Shown here: piece after piece, positions 1 to 12,272 of the stretch
How the letters are laid out: the number at the start of each line of letters is the position of its first letter
How positions within the stretch are numbered: position 1 is the first letter of the stretch
NCBI GenBank assembly: GCA_977017645.1
Contig: OZ360224.1
Coordinates: 181,412,001-181,476,000, forward strand
Reading direction: 5' to 3'
Length of the DNA stretch: 64,000 nt
Source: Torpedo marmorata
Taxonomy: Eukaryota
The notes under the pieces: generated by a model
What the model was told of the DNA's origin: nothing
Seen by the model: only the letters and a program-made list of their open reading frames with translations
Database searches by the model: none
Made by a program: the position numbers and the translations under genes

Positions 1-470
1 GCTTGCTGTCAAATTTTGTTTCACAATGCTCCGATGAAACACCATTTGAAATAATAGGTGCAGCACCTCCCCTTGTCCTAATTTGTCACCATTCAGACAA
101 TAATCTGCCTTCCTTTTATTGCCACCAAAGTGGATCACCTCACATTTGTCCACTTTATATTGCATCTGCCACACATTTGTCCACTCAGCTAATCTGTCCA
201 AGTCACCCTGCAGCCTCTTGGGAATCTTTCTCACAGCTGCCAATGCCACCCAGCTTAGTGTCATCGGCAAACTCAGAGATATTGCAATAATTTCCTTTAT
301 CGAGATCATTAATATAGTTTGTAGAGAGCTGTGCTCCCAGCACTAAGTTTTCTATCCATGTCAGTACATTATCTCCTCAACCATGTTCTCTAATTTTGCA
401 CACCAATCTCTTGTGCGGAACCTTATCAAATACCTCTCTTCTTCTATATTCAAAACCTCGGTAACAAACA
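1..470 (-). mobile_element. Degenerate CR1 LINE RT fragment
   Basis: Reverse complement resembles the CR1 ORF2 region FADDTKLGG...WQMQYKVDKCEVIHFG seen in the better-preserved CR1 copies of this window. Confidence 0.75.
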
Positions 471-539
471 TTCTCCTATTAGCCCGCAGTATAATCAGCA
501 TGTTTGTGGTCAGTAGAGAATCTAGCGTCCGGACCTTAC

Positions 540-701
540 CTGACCGAGTGCCAAGGCGCTGTGCAGTGTAGAACAAGATGCCATCTGGTGTCCGAGGCAG
601 GAACTGCAGCCTAATGTGAGTCTTGTGACGTATGTTAAAGGGAGAAAATGCCATCCAGGAAGATTCATTACTCCTGAAGGAGGGGTCACTGATGGCCAGA
701 G
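540..701 (-). CDS. EYS: EYS coding exon (start of next laminin G domain; 162 nt)
   Basis: Acceptor ttttccag|CT and donor CAG|gtaagg. Translates (A)LAISDPSFRSNESSWMAFSPFNIRHKTHIRLQFLPRTPDGILFYTAQRLGTRS(G). The gene continues beyond both window edges. Confidence 0.96.
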
Positions 702-839
702 CTGGAAAAGATGAACTGTTAGTAAGGCAATGGGAATTAAAAATCTGCTGGAGAAACTATATCCGATTCATTCATGAAATACTGTAGTTACCTGAAGATC
801 AAAGAAACCACAAAATAATGGATTAACACAGAGGTTGCA

Positions 840-1485
840 TCTTTCCCCACCTTCCCCCAAGTAGAACAAGGTCAGAGTCCCTCTGGTCCTCACTTGCCAC
901 TCCACCAACCTCCGGATCTGACACATTATCCTCTGATACTTCCACCAACCTCAGCGCGATCCCACCACCAGTCGCATCTTCCTCCCCTCACTCTGATCAG
1001 CTTTTTGCAGGAAGCAGTATGTCCGAAATTGCCTCATCTGCTCGTCTCTCCCCACCCACCCTTCCACCCCGGACGCACTTCCTGTTACATCTAAGGAAAG
1101 TGCAAAACTTGTCCCTGCATCTCCCCCCACACCACAATCATCTTCCAGGAGAGGTAGAGCTTTACATGCACATTGTTCCAACTAATTTACTGCATTCAAT
1201 GTACTCGGTGTGGCCTCTTCTCCATCGGTGAGACAAAATGTAGATGATGTGCTCTGTCTGTGGGTCTATGCTTGAACTTCCTGTAGCCAACCATTCAACA
1301 TTATAATAAGAATTGCCCCCAGTGTGCAGGTGTCCAAATACACGTCCCTTGACGTAGGGCTCAGGCCCAAAATGTTGGTTATATATCTTTGCTTCCTATG
1401 GATGCTGCGGGACCTGCTGAGTTCCTCCAGCACTTTTGTGTATTTACTACAATCACAGCACCTGCAGACTTTCTTGTTTCACTCC
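840..1485 (+). mobile_element. Penelope-like element 3' fragment with terminal repeat
   Basis: Similar to 22500-23475 (RVPLVLT motif, GIY-YIG remnant). Ends in the family tail cttgacgtagggctcaggcccaaaatgttgg...gacctgctgagttcctccagca at ~1348-1483. Confidence 0.75.
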
Positions 1486-1610
1486 ACTTCATCCTTTCTA
1501 CTCTGACTGCCAGTTGTTTAGAAACGAATCAGCTTAATTAGTCACTTTGTACAAGTGTCCTGAAACTAAAATTAATTTAAAGATTATTGAATGTAGGGAG
1601 AGTCAATCTA

Positions 1611-1839
1611 CAGTAAAACTCCCGGTATCGTGCACCTATGGGGATGGGTAGATGCCGGATAAGTGAGTGTTCCGGTTGCTTGAGATTGTGTGTTGCGTGA
1701 TTGGCGAACTTACTGCTAGGGGGTGCCAATTTTAAACTTTTGTATTTTTTACCTATTTATTTTCTGCGATTTTTTTTTTTTTTTGACGATTGCTTGCGGC
1801 TGCTTGTTGCTTGAATTCCAGATAACGGGGATTTTACTG
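1611..1839. mobile_element. Tc1/mariner (Tigger/pogo-like) MITE
   Basis: TA on both sides (1609-1610, 1840-1841). Imperfect TIRs CAGTAAAACTCCCGGTATC / GATAACGGGGATTTTACTG. Confidence 0.8.
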
Positions 1840-2059
1840 TATATTCTATTAGTGCAGAGTGAGCTAAGGGCAGTAAGGTGCTTACTTATTCTATCAAGGG
1901 AGTTGATGAGATACTGGACCAGCTCATTCCTGATGATAAGTCTCATACTGTGAAGATAAGTTCCTCAAATGGTTTTCTCATCCAGCGGATGATGTACTCA
2001 CCACTTTGCACTCTAAACTGACCATCTCCACCTGCCTGACACATCTCATGAAACAGAGA

Positions 2060-2840
2060 GACATAAAAGCAATGTAGTTCTCTTCATCAGCAGGACCTTT
2101 GGTCTGCTTCAGCAGGAGTTGGGACGTCATGTAACAATTCGACAAGACGTTGGTGAGACCACAGTTGGAGTATTCTGTGCATTTCTGGTCATCCAGCTGC
2201 AGGAAGGATGTCATTGAACTAGAGAGGGTACAGAAAAGATTCAGGAAGATTTTACCAGGACTGGAAGGCTTGAGTATACGGAGAAGCTGGATAGACTGGG
2301 ACTTTTCTTCCCTGGAGTGTAGGAGGCTTTGGGGTGATCATATAAGCGAATACACAATAATCAGGGGCATTGATAAAGTGATCACAGTCTTTTTCCCAGG
2401 GTAAGGGAATCTAAAACAAGAGACCATAGATTTAAGGTGCGAAGAGTAAGATTTAAAAGGGTCCTGAGATATCCCCTTTTCAGCCAGAGGATGGTAAGAA
2501 TATGGATCAATCTTCAAGGATTAATGCAATGAAAAACTATATTCTCGATGGTGCACCAGTAACATAAACTGTTTAAATGGTATTGCTCAGGATATTGATA
2601 ATGACTCTCTTTCAATTGTTTCTTGTGGTCTCTTTACGTGAGAAAGGATATACTGGCCTTGGAGGCAGTGCAGAGGAGATTCACCAGGTTGATTCCAAAG
2701 ATGAGGGAGTTCACCTATGAGGAGAGATGGAGCCATCTGGGACTGGACTCGCTAGAGTTTAGAAGGATGAGAGGGGAAACTTATAGAAACATATCAAATT
2801 ATGAAAGGAATAGATAAGAAAGAAGCAGGGAAGTTATTTC
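2060..2840 (+). mobile_element. Two CR1 LINE 3' ORF2 fragments
   Basis: ORFs 2150-2404 (VRPQLEYSVHFWS...LERVQKRF) and 2623-2817 (KDILALEAVQRRFTRLIP) match the CR1 C-terminal motif. Confidence 0.85.
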
Positions 2841-2841
2841 T

Positions 2842-4260
2842 ACTAAAAACACAGAAATGCTGGAGGAACTCAGCAGGTCTTGCAACGTCCATAGGAGATA
2901 AAGATATATAACCAACGTTTTGGGCCTGAGCACTTCTTCAAGGTTTGAGTAAAAAGTAGACAGGTGCCTGAATAAAAGGCTGGGGAGGGAAGAATGGGTA
3001 GGGGGACAAGTACAGATCAACAGACAAATGGTGTCAATTGGATATGGACAGGAGAAAGGAAAGGTGATAATTGACTGGGGGAGGGAGGGTGTTTGGGGCT
3101 CTGTGCAAACAGTGCTAGGGGAAAGGTAACATCAACCCTTTTTATGGTGCAACCCCGCATTAAAGCCGGCACAATCAAAAAAATTAAAAGGTGAAATTAC
3201 TTTTTATGGTGACGAACTATATGGCGTTTCCAGCGTTGCCTTTCTGCTGAGCTGCGTCGAGAGCCGGCTTCTCGATCTGAGGGAGTCAGGGCGAGTGGTG
3301 CAGTAGCGCTGCCCGCCACCATGACGTCAAACTTACGCGCCTACAAGGGAAAGCGGCCTATACCCGATAAAGGCGACCGAAGAGCAGGTAAGAGCGCTGG
3401 TGGAGATCTGGGCAGGCAGTCTTGGACTCGGGCAGATCTCCTGCACAGCGTAATTAGCACTACAGGTTTTTTTAAATTCGCGCTCCTGGGTCGTGGGCTG
3501 ACGGCGTCATTGCGACATCATCAGCCCTCCCCTTTGCAGCCCCTTTCAGCGGCTTTCATTTTATGGAGGAGGTGAAGCGATTCACTCCACCTCTGTGTGT
3601 ACCCCCCGAGGTGGATCGGAGTTCGACTGGCCAATCCGCCATCGGACCTTTTATGGAGGTAAGTGAAGCGACTTAAAGACAGAAATGTTCTGTCTTTACA
3701 ATCGCTTTTTTTGCACTATAAAAGGGTCTATTGAGAAAAGGGGGGAGAGAGAGAGAGAGTCAGAGTAAATTGGACATCAGGAAATATGGGGGGTGGGGGG
3801 AGCTAACAAAAACCGGAGAAGTTGATATTAATGCCATCCGGTTGGAGGATGCCCAGATGGAATATGAGGAGTTGTTCCTCCAATTTACGGGTGGTCTCAG
3901 TCTGGCAGTGCATGAGACCATGGACAGACATGTCAGCAAGGGAATGGGGTGGGGAATTGAAACGGGTGGCCACTGGGAGATCCACGCAATTGCGACGGAC
4001 AGATCTCCCAGTCAGCATCCAGACACTCCGATGTAGAGGAGACCACAACGGGAGCACCGGATGCAGTGGATGACCCCTGCAGATTCATGTGAAGTGTTGC
4101 TTCACTTGGAGGGACTGTTTGGGGCCCCGAATGGTGCTGAGGGAGGAGGCGTGGGTGCAAGTGGAGCAGCTCCTGTGGTCACAGGGGTGGGGTGGGGGGG
4201 GGGGGGGGGTGGGTGAATGGTGGGAAGGGATGAGTGGACAAGGGAGTCATGGAGAGAGTG
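2842..4260 (-). mobile_element. Penelope-like element 3' end (GIY-YIG remnant, pyrimidine-rich UTR, terminal repeat), interrupted at 3135-3727
   Basis: ORF 3803-4057 ends HGLMHCQTETTRKLEEQLLIFHLGILQPDGININFS, like the other copies. Terminal repeat in reverse orientation at 2842-2945. Confidence 0.8.
3135..3727. mobile_element. Putative non-autonomous DNA transposon (PIF/Harbinger-like MITE)
   Basis: Imperfect TIRs ACCCTTTTTATGGTGCAA / TTGCACTATAAAAGGGT. CpG-rich interior with repeated TTTTATGG motifs. Interrupts a Penelope copy. TSD not resolved, so the superfamily is tentative. Confidence 0.5.
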
Positions 4261-4469
4261 GTTGACGGGCCAGATGGCTAACTCCTGTTCGTATTTTGCA
4301 TGAGCGAGGCTGAGAACAGCAGCAGCAGCTCCAGGCAAGTCTGTAGATTAGGTCCCAATCAACAAGGCTGCACAGAGCTTCATTCTTAATGCATGATGGT
4401 CAATTGTGTTTGGACGAGCAGATCAGAAGCTTGTGAGCTCATCATACTCAACAGACTGAACACAACAGC

Positions 4470-4770
4470 GAGGATGACATGCGATGGGGCGCTGTATTAA
4501 CAGAGGTGGCACCTTCTGGGTGAAATATTAAATAAGTCTCCATTGCAGGAGGTGCATTTAAATGAAGCGTAGTTCTATTCCAAAAGGCAATAGGTTGTCC
4601 CACTGTTTTGTTCCTATCAACACTACCAAAACCAATGAACTGGTCATTGATGTTGGGTTGTGGGAGCTTGAAGAGTGCAGATTGTCTGACCTATTTCCTG
4701 TGCTGTAATGAAGCACCAGAAGTTGATTCACTGGCTGGAAATATATAGCTAATCAAGCTTGCTTTGCTAT
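4470..4770 (+). mobile_element. Old SacSINE/Deu-type SINE remnant
   Basis: Degenerate match to the recalled Deu-domain consensus (…ctggtcatt…tgtgggagcttg…gattgtctg…atttcct…cactggctg) and to the copy at 58710-59090. Confidence 0.55.
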
Positions 4771-4887
4771 TTAACAAGATAAGCTTTTACCCCATTGCTT
4801 ATCCAGAGTCCGCCTACTTGTGTATTAAAAATCTTCTAAGACTCTCCTTTCACAACCTTTTGAGGGAGAGAGTTTCAAAGAGCCAGA

Positions 4888-6612
4888 AGAGATGGGGGAG
4901 ATCTTAAATGTTTTTTTTGCATCTGTATTTAGTCAGGAAGCTGGCACAGAGTCTAGGGAAGTGAGGCAAACAAGCAGTAAGGTCATGGAACCTACACAGA
5001 TTAAAAAAAGAGGAGGTACTTGCTATCTTAAAGCGAATAAAGGTGGATAAATCCCCAGGGCCTGACAAGATATTCCCTCGGACCTTAAAGGAGGCTAGTG
5101 CAGAAATTGCAGGGGCCCTGGTAGATATATTTAAAATGTCCTTAGCCACCGTTGAAGTGCCGGAAGATTGAGGGGGAGATGGGAGGAGAGGTCGCTTATT
5201 TTGTTCTGTTATTTAAAAAAGGCTCAAAAAATAACCCAGGAAATTATAGGCCAGTGAGCCTGACATCAATAGTAGGTAAGTTATTAGAAGGTGTTCAAAG
5301 AGATCAGACATACAAGTATTTGGATAGTCAGGGAGGAGGTGACTAAATAGGGATAGTCAGTATGTCTTTGTGCGTGGTAGATCATGTTCAACCAATCTTA
5401 TAAAGTTTTTCGAGGAGGTTACCAGGAAAGTTAACGAAGGAAAGGCTGTGGATGTTGTCTATATGGTCTTAGTAAGGCCTTTGTCAAGATCCCGCATGGG
5501 AGGTTAGTCAGGAAGGTTCAGATGCTAGGCATTTATGGTGAAGTAGTGAACTGGATTCGACAATGGCTGGACGGGAGAAGCCAGAGAGAAGTGGTGGATG
5601 ATTGTTTGTCAGACTGGAGGCCTATGACTAGTGGTGTGCCTCAGGGATCAGTGCTGGGACCATTGTTGTTTGTCATCTATATCAATGATCCAGATGATAA
5701 CGTGGTAAATTGGATCAGCAAGTTTGCAGATGACACTAAGATTGGAGGTGTTGTGGACAGCAAAGAAGGTTTTCAAAGTTTGCAGAGGGAAATGGACCAG
5801 ATAGAAAAATGGGCTAAAAAAATGGCAGATGGAATTTAATGCAGGCAAGTGTGAGGTGTTGCATTTTGGAAGGACATAAACAGTAAATGGTAGGGCACTG
5901 AGGAGTGCGGTAGAACAGAGGGACCTGGGAATACAGATACATAATTCCCTGAAAGTTGCATCACAGGTGGATAGGGTTGTAAAGAGAGCTTTTGGCATAT
6001 TGGCCTTCATAAATCAAAGTATAGAGTATAGGAGTTGGAATGTTATGATAAAGTTGTATAAGACATTGGTGAGGCCAAATTTAGGGTATTATGTGCAGTT
6101 TTGGTCACCTAACTACAGGAAAGATATCAATAAAATTGAAAGAGTGCAGAGAAGATTTATTAGGATGTTGCCTGGATTTGGGAACTGTGTTACAGGGAAA
6201 GGTTAAACAGGTTAAGACTTTATTATTTGGAGTGTGGAAGAATGAAGGGAGATTAAATAAAGGTATTCAAAATTATGATGGGTATAGATAGAGTAAATGC
6301 AAGTAGGCTTTATCCACTGAGGTTAGGTGAGGTACAAACCAGAGGACATGGATTAAGGGTGAAAGGGGGAACATGAGGGGGAACTTCTTCACACAGAGAG
6401 TGGTGGGAGAGTGGAATGAGCATCCAGTGAAGTGGTGAATGCGGGCTCAATTTTAACAGTTAAGAAAAATTTGGACAGGTACATGGATGGGAGAGGTATG
6501 GAGGGATATGGAATAGGCGCAGGTCAGTGGGACCAGGCAGAATAATAGTTTGGCACAGACTAGAAGGGCTGAAGAGTCTGTTTTCTGTGCTGTAATGTTC
6601 TATGGTTCTAAC
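4888..6612 (+). mobile_element. 5'-truncated CR1 LINE with frameshifted RT
   Basis: Motifs [26 protein letters not shown] and KFADDTK across several broken ORFs. The 3' UTR ends gctgtaatgttctatggttcta. Confidence 0.93.
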
Positions 6613-6679
6613 TCTGAGAAAAAATAAATGTCTCATTTGTGTCTCAAATGGCTGACACCTTATATTTGAACGTTGATCA

Positions 6680-7312
6680 GATCTAAATATCTCCAATGAC
6701 CTGCCCTGGGACAAGCACGCTGATGCGATGGTCAAGGAAGTGTACCAACACCTGTACTTCTTTAGAAGACTAAGGAAGTTCAGCATCTCTCCCTTGTCAC
6801 TCAATGACTTCTACAAGTGCACCATCGAAAGCAGACTTGCTGAATACATCACAGCGTGGAACAGGAGCTGTTCTACTCAAGATCAGATGAAGGTGCAGAA
6901 GGTGGTGAATGCAGCTCAGAACACCACGCAAACCTCCCTCCCCTCCACGGACTATCTACATCTCCTACTGCCTAGGAAAGGCAGCCAACCTACTGAAGGG
7001 ACCTATCACACCCCGGACACACTCTCTTCTCCCTCCTCCCATCGGGGAGAAGGTTTAAGAGTGTGGAAATGTGCACCAATAGGCTTAAAGACAGGGCTAT
7101 CCCCACAGCTATCAGGCTCCTGAATGAACCCCATAACAATGCTCTCATGCTGCCTGTGTTTGGTGCTAATTGATCTTCCTTTTCACTGTAAACCTATACT
7201 CTGCAAACTGTGTTCTTTATGCGGCTGTATGAATGTTAGTGATAACCTGTTGGTCTGGTTGTAGAAGAACCCTTCTCACTGTACGAGGTATTTTGTGACA
7301 AATAAACTTAAA
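6680..7312 (+). mobile_element. Rex1/Babar-type LINE 3' fragment
   Basis: ORF 6728-7123 (QHLYFFRRLRKF...FYKCTIES). Tail gtgacaaataaacttaaact. Confidence 0.8.
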
Positions 7313-7339
7313 CTAATATCTTCCCACACCAAACAGTGC

Positions 7340-8932
7340 CTACTAGAATCCCTGAAAAGGCTGAGGACCCTGTGATATCTGTCTCTGAGGGTGCGTCAGA
7401 ACATCATTCAAGAGGGTGAAACCTCGCAAGGTGTCAGGCCCTGACGACGTACCTGGCAGGGTACTGAAAATCTGCACCAACCAACTAGCTGGAGTGTTCA
7501 CGGACATTTTCAACCTCTCATTGTGGCAGTCAAAGGTTCCCACCTGCTTCAAAAGGGCATCAATCATCCCGGTGCCCAAGAAGAGAAGTGTGAGCTGCCT
7601 CAATGACTACCGCCCAGTAGCACTAACTTCTCCTGGGATGAAATGCTTTGAGAGACTGGTCATGGCCAGAATTAACACATACCTAAGCAAAGATCTGGAC
7701 CCACTACAATTCGCCTATCGTCACAATCGCTCCACAGCAGATGCAATATCGCTGGCTCTCCACTCAGCTCTGGATCACCTCGACAACAGCAACTCATACA
7801 TACGGCTGCTCTTCATCGACTACAGCTCGGCCTTCAATACCATTATTCCCTCAGTGCTGGTCAAGAAGCTACAAACTCTAGGCCTCTGTACCCCACTCTG
7901 CAACTGGATCCTTGACTTTCTCATCGGAAGGCCACAGTCAGTAAGAAATTGGAAACAACGTCTCCTCCTCACTGATTATCAACACAGGCGCACCCCAAGG
8001 ATGTGTGCTTAGCCCACTGCTCTACTCGTTATACACCCATGACTGTGTGGCCAGGCACAATTCCAATGCCATTTACAAGTTTGCCGATGACACCACAGTT
8101 GTCGGCAGAATCACAAACGGCAATGAGGAAGCGTACAGGAGGGAGATAGATCAGCTCGTTGAATGGTGTAATGGCAGCAACCTTGTGCTCAACGTCAGCA
8201 AAACCAAGGAGATGATTGTGGACTTCAGGAAGAAGTCAGGGGAACACGACCCAGTCCTCATCGAGGGCTCAGTAGTGGAGAGGGTCAAGAACTTCAAATT
8301 CCTGGGTGTCAACATCTCCGAGGATCTGTCCTGGAGCCTCCACATTGATGCAATCACAAAGAAGGCTCGCCAGCGGCTATACTTTGTGAGGTGTCTGAGG
8401 AGATTCGGTATGTCACCGAAGACTCTCGTAAACTTCTCCAGGTGTACCGTGGAGAGCATTCTGACTGGTTGCATCACTGCCTGGTATGGAGGCGCCAACT
8501 CTCAGGACAAGAATAAACTCCAGAGGGTTGTTAACTCAGCCTGTGACATCACAGGCACCAGACTTCACTCCATCAAGGACATCTACACGAGGCGGTGTCT
8601 TAAAAAAGCAGCATCTATCCTCAAAGACCCCCACCACCCAGGCCATGCCCTCTTCACTCTGCTACCATCAGGAAAAATATACAGGAGCCTAAAGTCGAGC
8701 ACTCAACGGCACAAGGACAGCTTCTTCCCCGCTGCCATCAGATTCCTGAATAATCAATGAACCAAAGACACTGCCTTACTTTTCATGCACTATTATATAT
8801 ATACCGGTATATATATATATTTTTTTATATAGCAATGTTGTAAGATGGTTATAATATGAATGTTTGCACTATGTTGCTGCCGCAAAACACCGAATTTTAT
8901 GACTTGTTCATGACAATAAATTTTGATTCTGA
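7340..8932 (+). mobile_element. 5'-truncated young Rex1/Babar-type LINE (RT with one frameshift near 7945)
   Basis: ORFs 7416-8012 ([30 protein letters not shown]) and 8005-8760 ([20 protein letters not shown]). Tail catgacaataaattttgattctga. Confidence 0.9.
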
Positions 8933-9859
8933 AAAGGAAAGATTTCTTCTGCATTCACTCAGTAGACCACCTATGATTTGATCTGGGAAATCCTGAACTG
9001 TGGCAGCCATTATATATTTCTTCTTCTTTCAATTGTGGATTTCGACAAATGATCAATAAAAATCGCCTTTAAATTGTTTCTTCCAGAGGCCGAAGGCTCA
9101 AATCTTTTTCCTTGTCTGAGCCCCACAGGCAGAATGCAGCAAAGCAGGCTTCTGTCAATTAACAGCCACACAATGGCCCCTCTAAGTGTTCAATGCAGCC
9201 ACACAGTTCTCACTTTGTTTTATTTTCTTGTGCCAGCTCGAATGTTGGTAATCTAGAGGCTGGATTGGGTGGAGCAGCCTGCTTTCTCCACCCATTCCCA
9301 GAAATGTCTGCAGGAATAGAATTAAATAAACCTCGTTAGGCTGCTGACCCTATTGTGCTATATTTAACACGTCTACACAATGCTTCTGATCTGAGTGCGT
9401 GCATGTTTTAATGAACTCGTTTCTATCTTGCCTCTCACAACTTCAAGACGTGCCAAACCACATTACAGCTAGTATGGTATTTTTGAGTACAGTCACTGTT
9501 GGGGTAAACATTGCAGCTGATTTGAACAGGGCAATATCCTGAATGAGCAATGTGATAATGAGCAAATAATGGCACTGTTTGAGGGATAAATCAGACCAGG
9601 GAAGGGTAAATAGCTCGTCTGTTCCTCGCCAAAATACTGTTGTGGCCATTGTCCTATCCGTCTGGAAAAGCAGACAGAGTTTTCCAAAAGCAAGCATCCC
9701 TGCCACTGCATCCTTGCGCCTTCAGCTGGGAACGTGTACAAGTTGCTGGAAGGGAATTTGCTGACACTACATTCAGCCCAGTGCTGAGAATACGAGCACG
9801 GTTGTCAGACTCCAACAGAAGCTGCAGTAATCAATCATAGCCTGGAGTGGCCTTCATCT

Positions 9860-10280
9860 GTCAGAAAGGCATCCAACATAGTGAAAGACCCGCCACATTC
9901 CGGACACACTCTCGTCTCCTTCCTCCCATAGGGGAGAAGGCCTAAGAGTGTGAAAGCTCACACCAACAGGCTGAAAGACAGTTTCTTCCCAGCAGCCATC
10001 AGGCTCCTGAATGAACTTACATAACTTTTAAACATAATGGATCTATACTGAGCCTTCTCCCAGATGGGAGGAGGGAGAAAAGAGTGTGTCCGAGGTGTGA
10101 TGGGTCTTTCAGTGTATGGGCTGCCTTTCCTAGGCAATGGGAGATGTAGATGGAGGGGAGGGATTTGCGTTGTTTTGAGCTGCATTCACTACCTTCTGCA
10201 GCTTCTTCCCGATCTTGAGCCAAGCAGCTCCCGTACCACGTGATGCATCCAGCAAGTATGCTTTCAATGGTGCACCTGTT
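9860..10280. mobile_element. Two Rex1-type 3' fragments in tail-to-tail inverted orientation
   Basis: 9860-10015 on + (KDPPHSGHTL..KDSFFPAAIRLLN) and 10050-10280 on - (KDPSHLGHTLFSLLPSGRR). Confidence 0.75.
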
Positions 10281-10719
10281 AGATAATCAATTTAAATACT
10301 GTTGCTTGAAGATAAATATTGCTAAAGATATTGGCAATCACCCTCTTTCGATAGTTTCTTATGGCCTCCTTACTGCAGTTCTGGTCTCCTTACTTGAGAA
10401 GGGATATATTGGACCTGGATGTGGTGCGGAGGAGGTTCACCAGTTGATTCTGGAGATGAGGGGGTCATCTATGTGGAGAGATTTAGTTGCCTGAGGCCAT
10501 ACTCACTAGAGGTTAGAAGAATGAGAGGGGATCTGATAGAAACAGAAAAAATTATGAAAGATCAAAACAGGAATGTTGTTTTCACTGGTAGGTGAGACTA
10601 GAACCTCGGGACATAGCTTCAATATTCGGGGGAGAAGATTTAAGACAGAAATTAGGTGGAACTGCTTCTCCCAGAGAGTAGTGAAACTCTGGAATTCTCT
10701 GCTGAAGGAAGCAGTAGAG

Positions 10720-11936
10720 CAGGGGTTTGCAACCTGCGGCCCGTGGGCCGAATTTATCTGGCCTGGTGCGCGGCTGCCCCCCCTCTGTGCGCGGCTCCCC
10801 CCCCTCTGTACGCGGCTCCCCCGCTCTCAGTGCGTTGGAAGCTCTCACTTTCTGTGTGCAGCTCCCCCGCTCTCTGTGCGTAGGAGAACCCCCCCCGCCC
10901 TCTGCTGTGGATACACCCCCCCGCCCTTTGCGCTGGAGACCCCCCGCCCTCTGCGCGAGACTCCCCCTGCCCTCTGCGCGAGACTCCACCCCCCACCCTC
11001 TGCGCTGGAGACCCTCTGCGCGAGACCTCCCTCGTGACATTCTCCCTCCTCTCACGGTGTTGCTCTCCCCCCTCTCACGGTATCGCTCTCCCCCCTCTCA
11101 CGGTGTCATTTTCCCCCCTCTCACGGTGACATTATCCTGCTGTCTGTGAGAGCCTTCTCCTCTGCGTGAGACCCATCTCTTCTGTGAGAGACCCATGTCT
11201 GTGAGAATCCACCTCTCTCTCTCTCTGCAACACTACCTCTTTCTCTAACACCACCTCTTTCTGTAACGCTCTTTCAACTTATCTCTGTGTGGTACTCCTC
11301 TCTCTCTCTCTCTCTCTCTCTCACTTCCTGTTTCTGTATGTAAGACTTTTTCTGTGTGTGTATATGACACCATCTCTCTGTGTGACTCCTCGTCTCTCTG
11401 CAATCATCGGCCTCTCTGTGTTTGACTCCTCTCAGTGTGTTGCACTTCCTCTCCCTGGGTTGGACTCCCTCTCTCTATGTGTGGCTCCCCCTATCTGTGC
11501 GTAAATACCTCTCTCTCTCTCTGTCACATCCTCTCTCTGTGTGTGACTGATCCTCTCTCTGCGTGAGAGCCCCCTCTCTTTGTGTGAGGCTCACCCTCTC
11601 TTTGTGTGAGGTTCACCCTCTTTTTGTGTGAAATTCCCCCTCTCCACTGTGACATTCTCCTCCTCTCACTGCTGTCTGTTTTGTGGTTAGTTATTTGTTT
11701 TCATTGTGACTAATTTTTCTCCTTTTTGACTTTTATGTTTTTTTTATTGTGTCATTTTAATGACTGACTCCTGATATTTGGGGCATTTCCAGATTTGAAG
11801 AAGCCTTCCCTGACCTGAAATGCATAATCATATTTATTTATTTATTTATTTCATTTATGGTAGCATTAGTGCGGCCCGCCGTTTAACCACTGACACACCA
11901 TCCGGCCCACGCATGGTAAAATGTTGCCCGCCCCTG
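10720..11936. mobile_element. hAT (Charlie-like) non-autonomous DNA transposon with internal CT-rich tandem repeats
   Basis: Perfect 8-bp TSD CAGTAGAG (10712-10719 and 11937-11944). TIRs CAGGGGTTTGCAAC / GTTGCCCGCCCCTG. Confidence 0.9.
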
Positions 11937-12007
11937 CAGTAGAGGCTGCCTCATTGAATATAGTTGTGACACAGATAGATAGATATATGTAGAGACAGGG
12001 ATTTAAG

Positions 12008-12272
12008 GGGCGGCATGGTTGGCGTAGCGGTTAGCGCCACGCCTTTACAGCGCCAGCGATCAGGACTGGGGTTCGAATCCCACACTGTCTGTAAGGAGTT
12101 GGTACGTTCTCCCCGTGTCTGCGTGGGTTTTCCCCGGGGGCTCTGGTTTCCTCCCACCATTCAAAACGTACCGGGGATGTAGGTTAATTGGGTGTAAATT
12201 GGGAGGTACGGACTCGTGGGCCGAAAAGGCCTGTTACTGTGCTGTATGTCTAAATTTAAACATTTAAATTTA
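12008..12272 (+). mobile_element. tRNA-derived V-SINE (HE1-like)
   Basis: A box TGGCGTAGCGG, B box GGTTCGAATCCC, V-domain gttctccccgtgtctgcgtgggttt…ggtttcctcccac. The 3' end ggcctgttactgtgctgta is shared with the CR1 3' UTRs in this window. Confidence 0.88.

Noticed and set aside
8005-8760. Host gene similar to the ALKBH8 N-terminus (DUF1891-type annotation)
   Set aside because: This is the C-terminal part of the Rex1/Babar RT ORF and is present in several copies in the window.
9443-9741. Minus-strand ORFs as an extra EYS exon
   Set aside because: No EGF or LamG similarity, and the flanking exons already join in frame with no missing protein segment.
12008-12085. tRNA gene (also 59894-59970)
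   Set aside because: The A/B boxes continue into a V-domain and CR1-like tail, so it is a SINE head, not a tRNA gene.
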